A DNA stretch of 64,000 nt, from assembly GCA_965215365.1 (NCBI GenBank), contig CBDCDS010000003.1, positions 2,496,001 through 2,560,000 on the forward strand. Reading direction: 5' to 3'. The notes under the pieces are model-generated. The model did no database searches. It was given only the letters and a program-made list of their open reading frames with translations, and had not been told where the DNA came from. The first letter of the stretch is position 1. The number at the start of each line of letters is the position of its first letter. Shown here one piece after another: positions 24,262 to 33,926 of the stretch. This DNA comes from Gammaproteobacteria bacterium. GTDB taxonomy: Bacteria > Pseudomonadota > Gammaproteobacteria > Eutrophobiales > Eutrophobiaceae. Both the position numbers and the translations under genes were made by a program.

Positions 24262-27200
24262 ATGGATATGCAATTTTCAGGAGAATTCAGCGTCATGCGC
24301 AGCAAGGAAGAGGTCTTCGACCTGCTCTCGGACCCGCAACAGTTTGCCCCGTTACTACCGGGTTATCACAGCATGAAAATGAAAGATGCTCGCACCGCGG
24401 AAATTCGCGCGCGGGTGGGTGTCGGTAGAATCGGCGGCACTGCCACCACTGAACTGAGTCTGGTTGAGACGGGCGCGCCGCACCGCGCCCGCTATACCGG
24501 TCGGGGTAAACTCATGCAGGGGGTGTACCGCATGCATACTGCGTTTGAACTGCACGATACTGCCGGCGGCGGCACCCGGGTATGCTGGCAGGGCAAGGCC
24601 GAACTGACCGGCAAGATCCTGTCCTTGGCCGGCGGCGGCATCCGCGGTTACGCCGAAAAACAGATCACTCAGCTCATCGCCAGCCTAGCAGCGGTGCTCT
24701 CCAGCGCACCGGCATCGACACCGGACGCGCCGAGTGGCTGGCTAGGTCGCGCATTGTACGGTCTGCCCGGTGTCAGTGCCGCCAAGGCACCGGCGCGGGT
24801 GGAACCACCGGTAGCGCTGACGCCGGACTTGCAAGCACAACGCGAGATCGCCCAAAAACGCCTGCAAGCACTGCTCGAAGCGCGCCACGATCAGGTCACC
24901 CCGGCGCGGCGCGAGGACGAGCGCCTGATCAAGGGCCAGGGGTTGTTCGTCGATGACTACAGCCCTGCCGGGCTGTTGCACCTGGCCGTACTGCGCTCTT
25001 CCTACGCCCATGCCCGTATTGTCAATATCGATGTCTCCAGGGCACAAGCCCTGCCTGGCGTGGCCTGCACCTTAACCGGCAAGGAGGTCATGGAGCTGAC
25101 CGATCCGTTCATCCAGATCGGCGCCGGTAGCACGCAACAGATCACCGACTATGCCCTGGCCACCGACAAGGTCATCTATCAGGGCGACCCGGTGGTCGCG
25201 GTGGTCGCCGAGTCCGTCGCCATTGCCGAAGACGCGCTGCAACTGGTGGAGGTGGAATACGAACCTATGGAAGTAGTGCTGGATGCCGAGGACGCGCTGA
25301 CCGACCGGGTGACCCTGCACGAAGAGACCGGCACTAACACCATCTTCTCCGGCGTGTATGAATACGGCGACCTAGAACAGGCCTTCGCGGATGCCGCCCA
25401 CATAGTCAAAATAGACCGGATGGAATTCCATCGCTTCGGCAGCACCGCGCTGGAACCCAGCGCCTGTGTGGCAACCTGGGACCCGCGCGGCGAGATCGAC
25501 CTGTTTGCCAATACTATTATGACGGTGCCGCTGGCATTCCTGGCGCCGGCGCTGCGCGTGCGCATGGACCAGATCCGCCTGCGAACCCACGATATTGGCG
25601 GCAGCTTCGGCAACAAGATCACCAACTACCCGTACCTGGCGCTGTGCTGTCTGGCCTCCAGAAAAATGAATGGCGCGCCGGTGAAATGGATAGAAACCCG
25701 CACCGGCCAGATGCTCACGGGCGGACACGGCAGTGAACGCGTATACCTAGACACCGAGGTGGCGCTGGACTGTGACGGTGTGATCACCGGGTTGCGCTCA
25801 AAACATATCGACGACATCGGTGCCTACCCGCGCTATGAGCCGCTCGGTTCCGTGATCTGGTCGCAGGTGCTGCCGGCGACCTACAAGCTGCGCAACATCA
25901 GGATCGATTTTAACCAGGTGGTAACCAACAAAGGGCCGTCGGCACCCAATCGCGGCTACTCGCGCCTGCCGCATATCTGGTTTATGGAACGGGTGGTGGA
26001 CATCTGTGGTCATGAGCTGGGCATCCCCGCCGAGCAGATGCGCCTGAACAACTATATCCGCGAGTTTCCCTATGAAACGCCCAATGGCTGCGTCTATGAT
26101 TCCGGCAATCTACCGGCGATGCTGGCCAAGGCCAAGCAGCTGGTGGGCTGGGAGCAATGGCAGAAAAAACGGGACGACGCCCGACGGGAAGGCCGGCTGC
26201 TTGGTATCGGTATTGGCACCACGCTGGATTCAGGCACCAACAACTGGGGTCAGGCGCGCTATGTCAACCCGCAGGCGCCGTTCTCCGGCAATTCCACCGC
26301 AGCCACGGTGAAGCTGGATCTGGACGGCACGGTGGTAGTCAGCTTAGGCACCTTCCCGCAGGGTCAAGGGCATGAAACCACCACCGCGCAGGTGGTGGGC
26401 AAAGTGCTGGGGCTGCCACCGGAACTGGTGCAGGTGAAGACCGGGTTCGATTCGCTTAACGACAGCCATACCGGCCAATCCGGCACCTATGCCAGCCAGT
26501 TCGTAGTCACCGGCCTGTCTGCCGCGCATGGCGCGGCGCTGAAGCTGAAGGCGGAGCTGACGAAACTGGCCTGTTTCGGGCTTGATGCCAGTGCGGAAGA
26601 CCTGGAGTTCGGCGTGGGCGACATGGGGCCGCAGGTCAGCGTGCGCGGCACCGAGCGGGCGCTGAACTACTGGACGCTGGCTAATTTTATCAACTCCAAC
26701 AGCGCCAGTCTGCCGGATGAGTTGCGCGACCTGTCATTGCACGCCAGACATGTTTACATGCCGCCGTTCAAGGTGCCGGATGTGGAGAAAAAGATCGGCA
26801 ACCTGACGCTGACCTACGCGCTGCAACTGCATATTTGCGTGATTGAGGTCAACCCGGACACGTTCCAGACAAAAATCCTAGATTATGCCATCGTCGATGA
26901 CTGCGGCACGGTGATCAATCCCATGATCGTGGAAGGCCAGGTGCATGGCGCCGCCGCCCACGGCATCGGCGCGGCACTGCTCGAAGAAATTGCTTATGAC
27001 CGGGAAGGCAACGCCATTGCCGGCTCATTCACCGATTACGCGCCGATTACCATTAACGCCATGCCGGAACTCAAGTGCGCCAACCGGCAATCGCCCTCCC
27101 CGTTCACCTTCCACGGCGCCAAGGGCATGGGCGAAGGCGGCGGCGGGCCGTTGCACTCCGTCTGCGCCGCGTTACAGGATGCCTTGTATGGGCAAGGTCT

Positions 27201-27291
27201 CATCATCAAGCATTCCCATAATTCCCCCATGGCCATGTTTGATCGTTTTGCGGGGGGGTCTGAGCGGGGGGTTATTATCGAGAGTCGGTAA
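24262..27291 (+). CDS. Molybdopterin-binding subunit (CoxL-like) with N-terminal CoxG/SRPBCC domain fused
   Basis: First ~150 aa CoxG-like; then RREDERLIKGQG, GGSFGNK, QGQGHETT, DCGTVINPMIVEGQVHG, AKGMGEGG. Confidence 0.88.
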   Translation: MDMQFSGEFSVMRSKEEVFDLLSDPQQFAPLLPGYHSMKMKDARTAEIRARVGVGRIGGTATTELSLVETGAPHRARYTGRGKLMQGVYRMHTAFELHDTAGGGTRVCWQGKAELTGKILSLAGGGIRGYAEKQITQLIASLAAVLSSAPASTPDAPSGWLGRALYGLPGVSAAKAPARVEPPVALTPDLQAQREIAQKRLQALLEARHDQVTPARREDERLIKGQGLFVDDYSPAGLLHLAVLRSSYAHARIVNIDVSRAQALPGVACTLTGKEVMELTDPFIQIGAGSTQQITDYALATDKVIYQGDPVVAVVAESVAIAEDALQLVEVEYEPMEVVLDAEDALTDRVTLHEETGTNTIFSGVYEYGDLEQAFADAAHIVKIDRMEFHRFGSTALEPSACVATWDPRGEIDLFANTIMTVPLAFLAPALRVRMDQIRLRTHDIGGSFGNKITNYPYLALCCLASRKMNGAPVKWIETRTGQMLTGGHGSERVYLDTEVALDCDGVITGLRSKHIDDIGAYPRYEPLGSVIWSQVLPATYKLRNIRIDFNQVVTNKGPSAPNRGYSRLPHIWFMERVVDICGHELGIPAEQMRLNNYIREFPYETPNGCVYDSGNLPAMLAKAKQLVGWEQWQKKRDDARREGRLLGIGIGTTLDSGTNNWGQARYVNPQAPFSGNSTAATVKLDLDGTVVVSLGTFPQGQGHETTTAQVVGKVLGLPPELVQVKTGFDSLNDSHTGQSGTYASQFVVTGLSAAHGAALKLKAELTKLACFGLDASAEDLEFGVGDMGPQVSVRGTERALNYWTLANFINSNSASLPDELRDLSLHARHVYMPPFKVPDVEKKIGNLTLTYALQLHICVIEVNPDTFQTKILDYAIVDDCGTVINPMIVEGQVHGAAAHGIGAALLEEIAYDREGNAIAGSFTDYAPITINAMPELKCANRQSPSPFTFHGAKGMGEGGGGPLHSVCAALQDALYGQGLIIKHSHNSPMAMFDRFAGGSERGVIIESR

Positions 27292-27295
27292 GAAT

Positions 27296-27410
27296 TAGCC
27301 CGCATATCTCACCAAGTGATGCGAAGATCGCACCGGATTTTTTGATGCGCCCCTTCCCTGGGGCGCCCCCCTGCGGGCGGATTTGTGCGCCTGCGGGTGC
27401 CTGCGAAGGA
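27296..27410 (-). mobile_element. Partial family-1 MITE (right end, inverted)
   Basis: TAGCCCGCATATCTCACCAAGTGATGCGAAGATCGCACCGGAT...GCCTGCGGGTGCCTGCGA is the reverse complement of the right end of 44109-44352. Confidence 0.75.
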
Positions 27411-27460
27411 CGACGCTACTACTGAGTAATTTCGTGTTTCGCAGAAAGTGTTTTATCCTC

Positions 27461-28351
27461 TTACGTCCGGTAAACGAAATCGGCTCCGATTTTCCACACT
27501 CCCTTCTCGCGGAAAGCGGGGATGGTCTGGCGGCGGGCGGCGTTGGTGACGGCCGGCGCCGAAAGGCCATGCCGTTTAATGTAATCCGACAATCGAATGA
27601 TTGTCAGCCCCTGTAAGTAACCCAGCCTCTTGTGCAGGGACTCCACCAGCGCCAGGGCCAGAATGGTTTCCATCGCCTTGGTTGCGCGCCGACTGTCATA
27701 ATTTTTCAATGCCTGATAGTAGTGGGCTTTTTCTGAGTTACGGATAGTCAGGCCCGGTAAATCAAGTTGCAGAAGTTGAAAATTGATCAGAACCCGTCCC
27801 ATGCGACCGTTGCCGTCGCAAAACGGGTGGATACTCTCAAAATCCAGGTGAAACCGGGCAATTTTGTCGAGAAAATAGGTGTCGAGGTCGCTTGAATAGC
27901 AGATGAGAATTTCATCCATCATGCGTTCGACATGTTCAGGCGCCGGCGCAATATGAGTCCCCACCCGCACATACTCCCCCTGCTGGCGCAAACGTCCGGC
28001 GATGCCATCGTTAATGCCGCCGATAAGCATCCGGTGCAAAAGTAGTATCAGGTCTTTGCTCAGTGCGTCATGTTTTGCTTTATCGCGTTGGTAGTTGATG
28101 ACGCGGGCCAGATTTTTTGCCTCAAACACTTCCCGCACAGACACGTTTCGGGACAAGCTCTGTTCCAGCAGAATGCGTTCCGTCTCTTCCAGCGTAAGGG
28201 TGGAATTTTCAATCGCGTTCGAGTTATAGACACTCTCGGTTATCTCTACTTCATCAATCATTGTCAGCAGCGATTCCTTGCCTTGACGCATAGTGTCATA
28301 CGCCAGTTTCAAATCCCGGATGCGGTTTCGTATCGAACGAGTGACGGCCAT
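27461..28351 (-). CDS. Fic-domain protein with C-terminal HTH
   Basis: HPFCDGNGRMGR Fic motif; N-terminal SNAIEN inhibitory motif (class II). Confidence 0.92.
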   Translation of the reverse strand: MAVTRSIRNRIRDLKLAYDTMRQGKESLLTMIDEVEITESVYNSNAIENSTLTLEETERILLEQSLSRNVSVREVFEAKNLARVINYQRDKAKHDALSKDLILLLHRMLIGGINDGIAGRLRQQGEYVRVGTHIAPAPEHVERMMDEILICYSSDLDTYFLDKIARFHLDFESIHPFCDGNGRMGRVLINFQLLQLDLPGLTIRNSEKAHYYQALKNYDSRRATKAMETILALALVESLHKRLGYLQGLTIIRLSDYIKRHGLSAPAVTNAARRQTIPAFREKGVWKIGADFVYRT

Positions 28352-28511
28352 GGTTAAATTGTAATTTATTCACGATATATCGTCAATATAGAGTGAATAA
28401 CAATATAAAAAAGTAAAAATTCATAATAGTTGAGTCTGCGGTCTGCACAGGGTATTCTACGTTTTTACATGCTATGTTTCCTTGGGTCGAAAACAACGCG
28501 AGCGCACTGAG

Positions 28512-29456
28512 ATGCTGATCAAGATACCCGACTCCATCCTGCCCTCTGAAATCACCGACCGGCAGGTTTACCTGAAGCGGCGTAAATTCATTCGGGATGG
28601 CGCCGGGCTGGGGGTGGGCGCGGCGCTGCTTAATTCCGTGTCTTTGGGTAGTCTGGCTGCGACCAAGCTGGCGACGGTCAGGAATGATGCGTATTCCACG
28701 GCTGAGGAGTGGACGGATTATGACGCGGTAACCAGCTACAACAATTTCTATGAGTTCGGCACGCACAAGAGTGACCCGGCCAGACATTCCGACAAGTTCA
28801 AGCCACAGCCCTGGTCGGTGGTGATTGACGGGGAATGTATGAAACCCGGCGCCTACGCTTATGAAGACATCATCAGTCCGCACCAGCTGGAGGAGCGGAT
28901 CTACCGGCTGCGGTGCGTGGAAGCCTGGTCCATGGTCATCCCCTGGGTCGGTATCCCGCTGGCCGATGTATTGAAGCGGTTTGAGCCGACCTCGCAGGCG
29001 AAATACGTCGCCTTTACCACCGTGCTGCGTCCCGAGGAAATGCCCGGCGTGCGGCGCCCGGTGCTGGACTGGCCTTATCGCGAGGGGCTGCGCATCGACG
29101 AAGCCATGCACCCGCTGACCCTGCTCACTGTGGGTCTGTATGGCGAGGTACTGCCAAACCAGAACGGCGCGCCGCTACGGCTGATAGTCCCCTGGAAGTA
29201 CGGTTTCAAGAGTATCAAATCCATCGTCAGGATAGAGTTTACCCGCGAGCAGCCCGACACCGCCTGGAACCTGTCGGCGCCGCAGGAATATGGGTTCTAC
29301 TCCAACGTCAACCCGGAGGTGGACCACCCGCGCTGGAGCCAACGCAAGGAACGCCGTATCGGCGAGTTCCGCAAACGCGAGACGCTGATGTTTAACGGCT
29401 ATGGCGAACAGGTAGCCTCGTTATACCGTGGCATGGACTTGCGCAAGCATTATTAG
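28512..29456 (+). CDS. msrP: Methionine sulfoxide reductase catalytic subunit
   Basis: SEIT..RR Tat signal, [40 protein letters not shown]. Confidence 0.96.
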   Translation: MLIKIPDSILPSEITDRQVYLKRRKFIRDGAGLGVGAALLNSVSLGSLAATKLATVRNDAYSTAEEWTDYDAVTSYNNFYEFGTHKSDPARHSDKFKPQPWSVVIDGECMKPGAYAYEDIISPHQLEERIYRLRCVEAWSMVIPWVGIPLADVLKRFEPTSQAKYVAFTTVLRPEEMPGVRRPVLDWPYREGLRIDEAMHPLTLLTVGLYGEVLPNQNGAPLRLIVPWKYGFKSIKSIVRIEFTREQPDTAWNLSAPQEYGFYSNVNPEVDHPRWSQRKERRIGEFRKRETLMFNGYGEQVASLYRGMDLRKHY

Positions 29457-30115
29457 TGCAACAGCAATTTCCGAGGACTTCGCTCCGGTCGGCGAGGTTA
29501 ACGGGAGCTACCGTTAATTCAATGAGAACGCGTTGGTCAAAGCCGTTGCTGTTCCTGCTGTGCACGCTGCCGTTCTGGGCATTGGTCTATAACGGCGTTA
29601 CCGACAATCTCACCGCCAACCCGATTAAGGAGATTACCCATTTCACCGGCGAATGGGCTTTGCACTTGTTACTGATCACGCTGTCGGTCACGCCGTTGCG
29701 GCGCTTCACCGGCAACAACTCACTGCTCCGGTTCCGGCGCCTGCTCGGCCTGTTTGCATTTTTTTATGCCAGCCTGCACTTCTGCACCTATTTGGTGCTG
29801 GACCAGTTCTTCGACTGGCGCGAAATCGTGCAGGATGTGGCCAAGCGGCCTTATATCACTGTCGGGTTCAGCGCTTTTGTGTTGCTCATCCCGCTGGCGC
29901 TGACATCGACTAACAGGATGGTACAACGGCTGGGGCGCCACTGGCGGCGGTTGCATTTGCTCATCTATCCCAGCGCTATTCTGGTCATCTGCCACTATCT
30001 GTGGCTGGTAAAGGCCGATATTCTGCCGCCGTTGCTCTATGGTCTGGCGCTGTGCCTGCTGCTGGCGCTGCGCATGCCCTGGTTGAAACCCGGAAAAAGG
30101 CCTTCACTGAGGTAA
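29456..30115 (+). CDS. msrQ: Methionine sulfoxide reductase heme-binding subunit
   Basis: HFTGEWAL, RRLLGL, KRPYITVG, LALTS, WRRLH; alternative start at 29522. Confidence 0.93.
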   Translation: MQQQFPRTSLRSARLTGATVNSMRTRWSKPLLFLLCTLPFWALVYNGVTDNLTANPIKEITHFTGEWALHLLLITLSVTPLRRFTGNNSLLRFRRLLGLFAFFYASLHFCTYLVLDQFFDWREIVQDVAKRPYITVGFSAFVLLIPLALTSTNRMVQRLGRHWRRLHLLIYPSAILVICHYLWLVKADILPPLLYGLALCLLLALRMPWLKPGKRPSLR

Positions 30116-30123
30116 AAGCAGGC

Positions 30124-30684
30124 ATGAGACGTAATCGGCAACCCGACCGGGACGAAGCTGACCTGTTCCGGCGCACAGTGGGCGAGGTGACACCCCTGCG
30201 GCAGGATCGGGTTGCGCCAACCTCAAGTAAACCGCAACCGGTGGCGACGCAACGCCTCGCCGACGATGCCGCAGTGGTGAAAGAAATGGCGACAGGTTTT
30301 TTCGACACCGAGGCCATGGAAACCGGCGATGAACTGCTGTACAAACAATCCGGCATTCAGGATAAAGTGTTCAAAAAACTGCGCCGCGGGCAATTCGCAA
30401 TAGAGCAGGAACTGGACCTGCACGGCTACACCGTGCCGCTTGCCAAAGATGGCCTGTCTGACTTTCTCAAACACTGCCTGGCCCGCAACCACCGTTGCGT
30501 GCGTATTATCCACGGCAAGGGCTTACGCTCGAAACAGGGGCGACCCACCATTAAGAGCCTGATCGGTAAGTGGCTGCAACAACGCCGGGAGGTGCTGGCG
30601 TACTGCTCCGCGCGTCAGGTGGACGGCGGCACCGGGGCCATCTACGTATTACTGAAAAATCATCGGGGGCAGTACTCGCACTGA
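30124..30684 (+). CDS. Smr domain protein
   Basis: KLRRGQ, LDLHG, IIHGKG, GGTGA. Confidence 0.9.
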   Translation: MRRNRQPDRDEADLFRRTVGEVTPLRQDRVAPTSSKPQPVATQRLADDAAVVKEMATGFFDTEAMETGDELLYKQSGIQDKVFKKLRRGQFAIEQELDLHGYTVPLAKDGLSDFLKHCLARNHRCVRIIHGKGLRSKQGRPTIKSLIGKWLQQRREVLAYCSARQVDGGTGAIYVLLKNHRGQYSH

Positions 30685-30776
30685 GCAGCTGCTCATAGCG
30701 TGCGCGCACTGCACCCGGTTGTGCGTTGTGCCTGTTAAGATCGGTGTCTGTCTATGGAACAGTTTCGCAGAGACCA

Positions 30777-31328
30777 CTACCGCCAGGTTTCGCAGGCCTC
30801 CCTCGTTGTCGCTATTCCCGTAACCGGGTTCACCCAACCCGCTTCACGATAAATCTGCGTACTCAAACACTTGGCAAGGCAACCTGATTCTGCACCCCTG
30901 AATATTTCATGTGCTCTGCAAGAGCCTGGGCTGCCGTCTCTCCAGCCGGAATCATACTTTGTCATTGTGCCGTTGCAGGTGCGCGGGGCAAAATGATCAT
31001 CATCCACCAGTTCATACGTTGTGCCACCGACCGTCACCCGTATTCCAGCCTCGTTCTTACAAGTATCCGTGACGGCCGCGAGCTGGAAAAAACGGATTTT
31101 ATCAATAAGTTCGGCCGACGGCCAGATTGTGAAGCATTGATCGGTCTCACCTGCGCCACATTTTTGAGTAGCGCTGGTAAGGGTAGGAGGAGCTTGATTT
31201 CTTATGTTTACTGCGTGCCCTTCGCGGATTTTTGTCACTGTCTGCGCCCCCGCCGGGAGCGCCACCGCTGCAAGCAGCAGGAAGGCTGTTAATTTAGTGA
31301 GGGGGGGGGATTTGAATAAAAATTTCAT
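30777..31328 (-). CDS. Hypothetical secreted Cys-rich protein
   Basis: Signal peptide ending AGA-Q; 8 Cys; GGAG RBS; C9 tract in codons 7-10. Confidence 0.65.
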   Translation of the reverse strand: MKFLFKSPPLTKLTAFLLLAAVALPAGAQTVTKIREGHAVNIRNQAPPTLTSATQKCGAGETDQCFTIWPSAELIDKIRFFQLAAVTDTCKNEAGIRVTVGGTTYELVDDDHFAPRTCNGTMTKYDSGWRDGSPGSCRAHEIFRGAESGCLAKCLSTQIYREAGWVNPVTGIATTREACETWR

Positions 31329-31374
31329 AATTTTCTCCTCTCGGGTGGCTCCCTAGCATTTCTGCCAAGGCATT

Positions 31375-31833
31375 TCAGTTGTCGAAATCATCGATAAATT
31401 CAGGCCATTGTTGCGTGCTTCGGTCTGAGAACTGATCGACGTAATAACAGATAATGGGATGATAGGCAAGGCTTTTGTGAATGAGGTTTGCCAAGCCCTT
31501 TATAGAGCTGCCACAGTTATGTAAAAAATCGTACAGATCCTCGCCTGTTAATTTGTTTAATGTGTCTTGTATGGCGTAGTAGTGTTCCGGGTCGATAGGT
31601 TGTTCTGTTTCCATGAGGTTTTTTATTTGTTCCGCCGTGGGCCTGCTGTTCAGTCCTGCGGCATGTTTGGCAATGATTTTGTTTATGATGGCCGGGTGAT
31701 AGGTGTTTTTTTCTGTCGCGGTCGTTGAGGTGAAAGTGTGGACAGGTCTGGGCGGCAGGTTTTTATTACAGGTATCCTCCAAAAATGCCCTCCGTGGCAT
31801 TTTTGGAGGCGCACTATAGTTCATGGGTTTCAT
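31375..31833 (-). CDS. Hypothetical AT-rich protein, possible AbiEii partner
   Basis: Overlaps AbiEii stop; 5' part runs through a MITE palindrome so start is uncertain. Confidence 0.5.
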   Translation of the reverse strand: MKPMNYSAPPKMPRRAFLEDTCNKNLPPRPVHTFTSTTATEKNTYHPAIINKIIAKHAAGLNSRPTAEQIKNLMETEQPIDPEHYYAIQDTLNKLTGEDLYDFLHNCGSSIKGLANLIHKSLAYHPIICYYVDQFSDRSTQQWPEFIDDFDN

Positions 31834-32536
31834 GGTTGAATTTTTTTTCTGCTATTTTTTTTAGCATTCTGTGGGCGTGGTGGTAAGGATTATCGGCGAT
31901 ATTCCGGCTTGTCAGTGCGCGTAAGGGTGGTTCATGTTGTACGATTGGGTGGCTGCTTCTTTTTTTAATTTCCTTGATGAGTCTGGGTAATTGTGTGGCA
32001 TTTTCCGCTATCACTCTGTTAAAGGCCTGGGGTTCTTTTTGTTGGGCAACATACAGATCAAACACATCTCTGATGGTATAGATTCCGTATTTTAGCATTC
32101 TGTTTTTGAGCTTTTTATCTAAAATGCCTGCGCTGTTCTCCAGTCCTATTTGTGTTTGGGTTTCTCTTTGTGTGATTTGATTTATTTTTCCTGGCGCATA
32201 AATCATGATGCTGACAGCGGTTGTGTCAACTTGTATTTCAAAGCGATTGTGATGGTCTTTGTTCAGCGTGTAGCCTTTTTTTTCTGTCAGGTCGGTTTTT
32301 AATCCTGTTAAAATTTCTTCTGTATTGTCTTTGTTTTCGTGCCATAAAAAGAAATCCAGATCCGTGCTGATTCGATGATTCCATCTGGATGCCAATACCG
32401 TGCCGCCGCCCAGGGTCAGGCTGTCCATATTTTCTTTTAAGTTCGCATGTAATACCGGTGCGATCCGGTATAGCGCGGTTTGTGTGTTTTTTGCGATAGG
32501 ACAGTGCGTTAGCATTGGTTTCGTGGTCTTTTTCAA
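31814..32536 (-). CDS. AbiEii/AbiGii-family nucleotidyltransferase toxin
   Basis: LGGGTVLASRWNHRISTDLDFF; later K and RDVFD; AT-rich. Confidence 0.82.
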   Translation of the reverse strand: MKKTTKPMLTHCPIAKNTQTALYRIAPVLHANLKENMDSLTLGGGTVLASRWNHRISTDLDFFLWHENKDNTEEILTGLKTDLTEKKGYTLNKDHHNRFEIQVDTTAVSIMIYAPGKINQITQRETQTQIGLENSAGILDKKLKNRMLKYGIYTIRDVFDLYVAQQKEPQAFNRVIAENATQLPRLIKEIKKRSSHPIVQHEPPLRALTSRNIADNPYHHAHRMLKKIAEKKFNHETHEL

Positions 32537-32570
32537 GGGCGTCTCTAATTTTTTGGAGGCGCCCGGAATA

Positions 32571-32656
32571 TGGTGCCGATGGCCGGATTCGAACCGGCAC
32601 GCCTTGTGGGCACTGCCCCCTCAAGACAGCGTGTCTACCAATTCCACCACATCGGC
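32571..32656 (-). tRNA. tRNA-Leu(GAG)
   Basis: GCCGATGTGGTGGAATTGGTAGACACG...TT-GAG-GG, long variable arm, GTTCGAATC...CCA; downstream of secG. Confidence 0.96.
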
Positions 32657-32689
32657 ACAGATTGGATTGCGAGGTCGGTAAGCCCTGCC

Positions 32690-33073
32690 CTATTCCGGGA
32701 TTTGCGGCAGGTCTGCATCCGGCGTCGCGGCCGAGGATTCGTCCGGGAGTTCGTCCGGGGGCGTCTCAGCCGGCTCTGCCGGTTGTTCGAGCAACGCCGG
32801 TTCGATGATATTCAGACGTCCGGCCTCCAGGCTTTGCTGCTTGGCCATCCAGGCCAGGGCCAGACTGTTGAGCAGGAATACGAACGCCAGGGCTGTTGTC
32901 GTCCGGGTCATAAAGTTACCGGAGCCGGCGGCGCCGAACACGGTGGCCGACGCGCCGCTGCCGAAGGCCGCGCCGGCATCGGCACCCTTCCCGTGCTGTA
33001 ACAGAATAAAAGCAATCAATGCGATGGCGCAGAGTACCTGCACCACCAGTAATAGGGCCTGTAATGTTTCCAC
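32690..33073 (-). CDS. secG: Preprotein translocase subunit SecG
   Basis: LLQHGKGADAGAAFGSGASATVFG. Confidence 0.96.
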   Translation of the reverse strand: METLQALLLVVQVLCAIALIAFILLQHGKGADAGAAFGSGASATVFGAAGSGNFMTRTTTALAFVFLLNSLALAWMAKQQSLEAGRLNIIEPALLEQPAEPAETPPDELPDESSAATPDADLPQIPE

Positions 33074-33075
33074 TG

Positions 33076-33831
33076 TTACCTCGCAGCCCGGCAAATTGCC
33101 AGGAAGTCGTCGATATTCAAGGAAGCGCCGCCGATCAACCCGCCGTCCACATCCGCCATGGCAAACAGCGCGGCGGCATTATCGGCCTTGACGCTACCGC
33201 CGTAAAGGATGCGCAGCGCGTCGGCGGCCCGATCATCGTGGCGGGCCACTTGCAGCCGGATGAAGCTGTGGGCTGCCTGCGCCTGTTCCGGCGTGGCGGT
33301 GCGCCCGGTACCGATAGCCCACACCGGCTCGTAGGCAATGACCGTGTTGCGGAAGCAGTCTGTACCGGCCACGCTGATGACTGCGTTCAGCTGTTCTGCC
33401 AACACCTGTTCGGTGACACCTGCCTCCCGTTCCTCCAGGCGCTCGCCTAAGCATAATATCACCCGCAGGCTATGTGCTTGCGCCTGACGGAACTTTGCTG
33501 CCACCGTGGCATCGGTCTCTCCCAGAATATGGCGTCGCTCCGAGTGCCCGATGATAACATAGCGGCAGCCATAATCGTTCAGCATGGCAGCTGAAATTTC
33601 GCCGGTGTAAGCCCCGTTATCATAAGCCGCAAGCGTCTGCGCGCCCAGGCCGATACTGCTGCCGGCGAGCAGCTCCGCCGCCAGCGGGATATGTATGAAC
33701 GGCGGACAAACCAAGACTTCCACGCCGTTCTCCGGTAATCCTTGCCTGAGCCCGCCCAGCAACGCCCGCACGGATGCGCGAGCACCGTTCATCTTCCAGT
33801 TGGCGGCTACCAGGGGTTGTCGGTCGGTCAT
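33076..33831 (-). CDS. tpiA: Triosephosphate isomerase
   Basis: AANWKMNG, GHSERR, AYEPVWAIGTG, YGGSVK, GGASL. Confidence 0.97.
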   Translation of the reverse strand: MTDRQPLVAANWKMNGARASVRALLGGLRQGLPENGVEVLVCPPFIHIPLAAELLAGSSIGLGAQTLAAYDNGAYTGEISAAMLNDYGCRYVIIGHSERRHILGETDATVAAKFRQAQAHSLRVILCLGERLEEREAGVTEQVLAEQLNAVISVAGTDCFRNTVIAYEPVWAIGTGRTATPEQAQAAHSFIRLQVARHDDRAADALRILYGGSVKADNAAALFAMADVDGGLIGGASLNIDDFLAICRAAR

Positions 33832-33926
33832 TACAGTCTGAATTTGAAAAAGGATGCCAAGATTAGCGGAACTATCTGAAAAGTCAAAGGTGAATAGCGG
33901 ATGGGCAAGACACAGGCATGTCTTCG

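Noticed and set aside
22878-27291. Aerobic CO dehydrogenase
   Set aside because: Large subunit lacks AYXCSFR and AYRGAGR; the loop is APNRGYSR.
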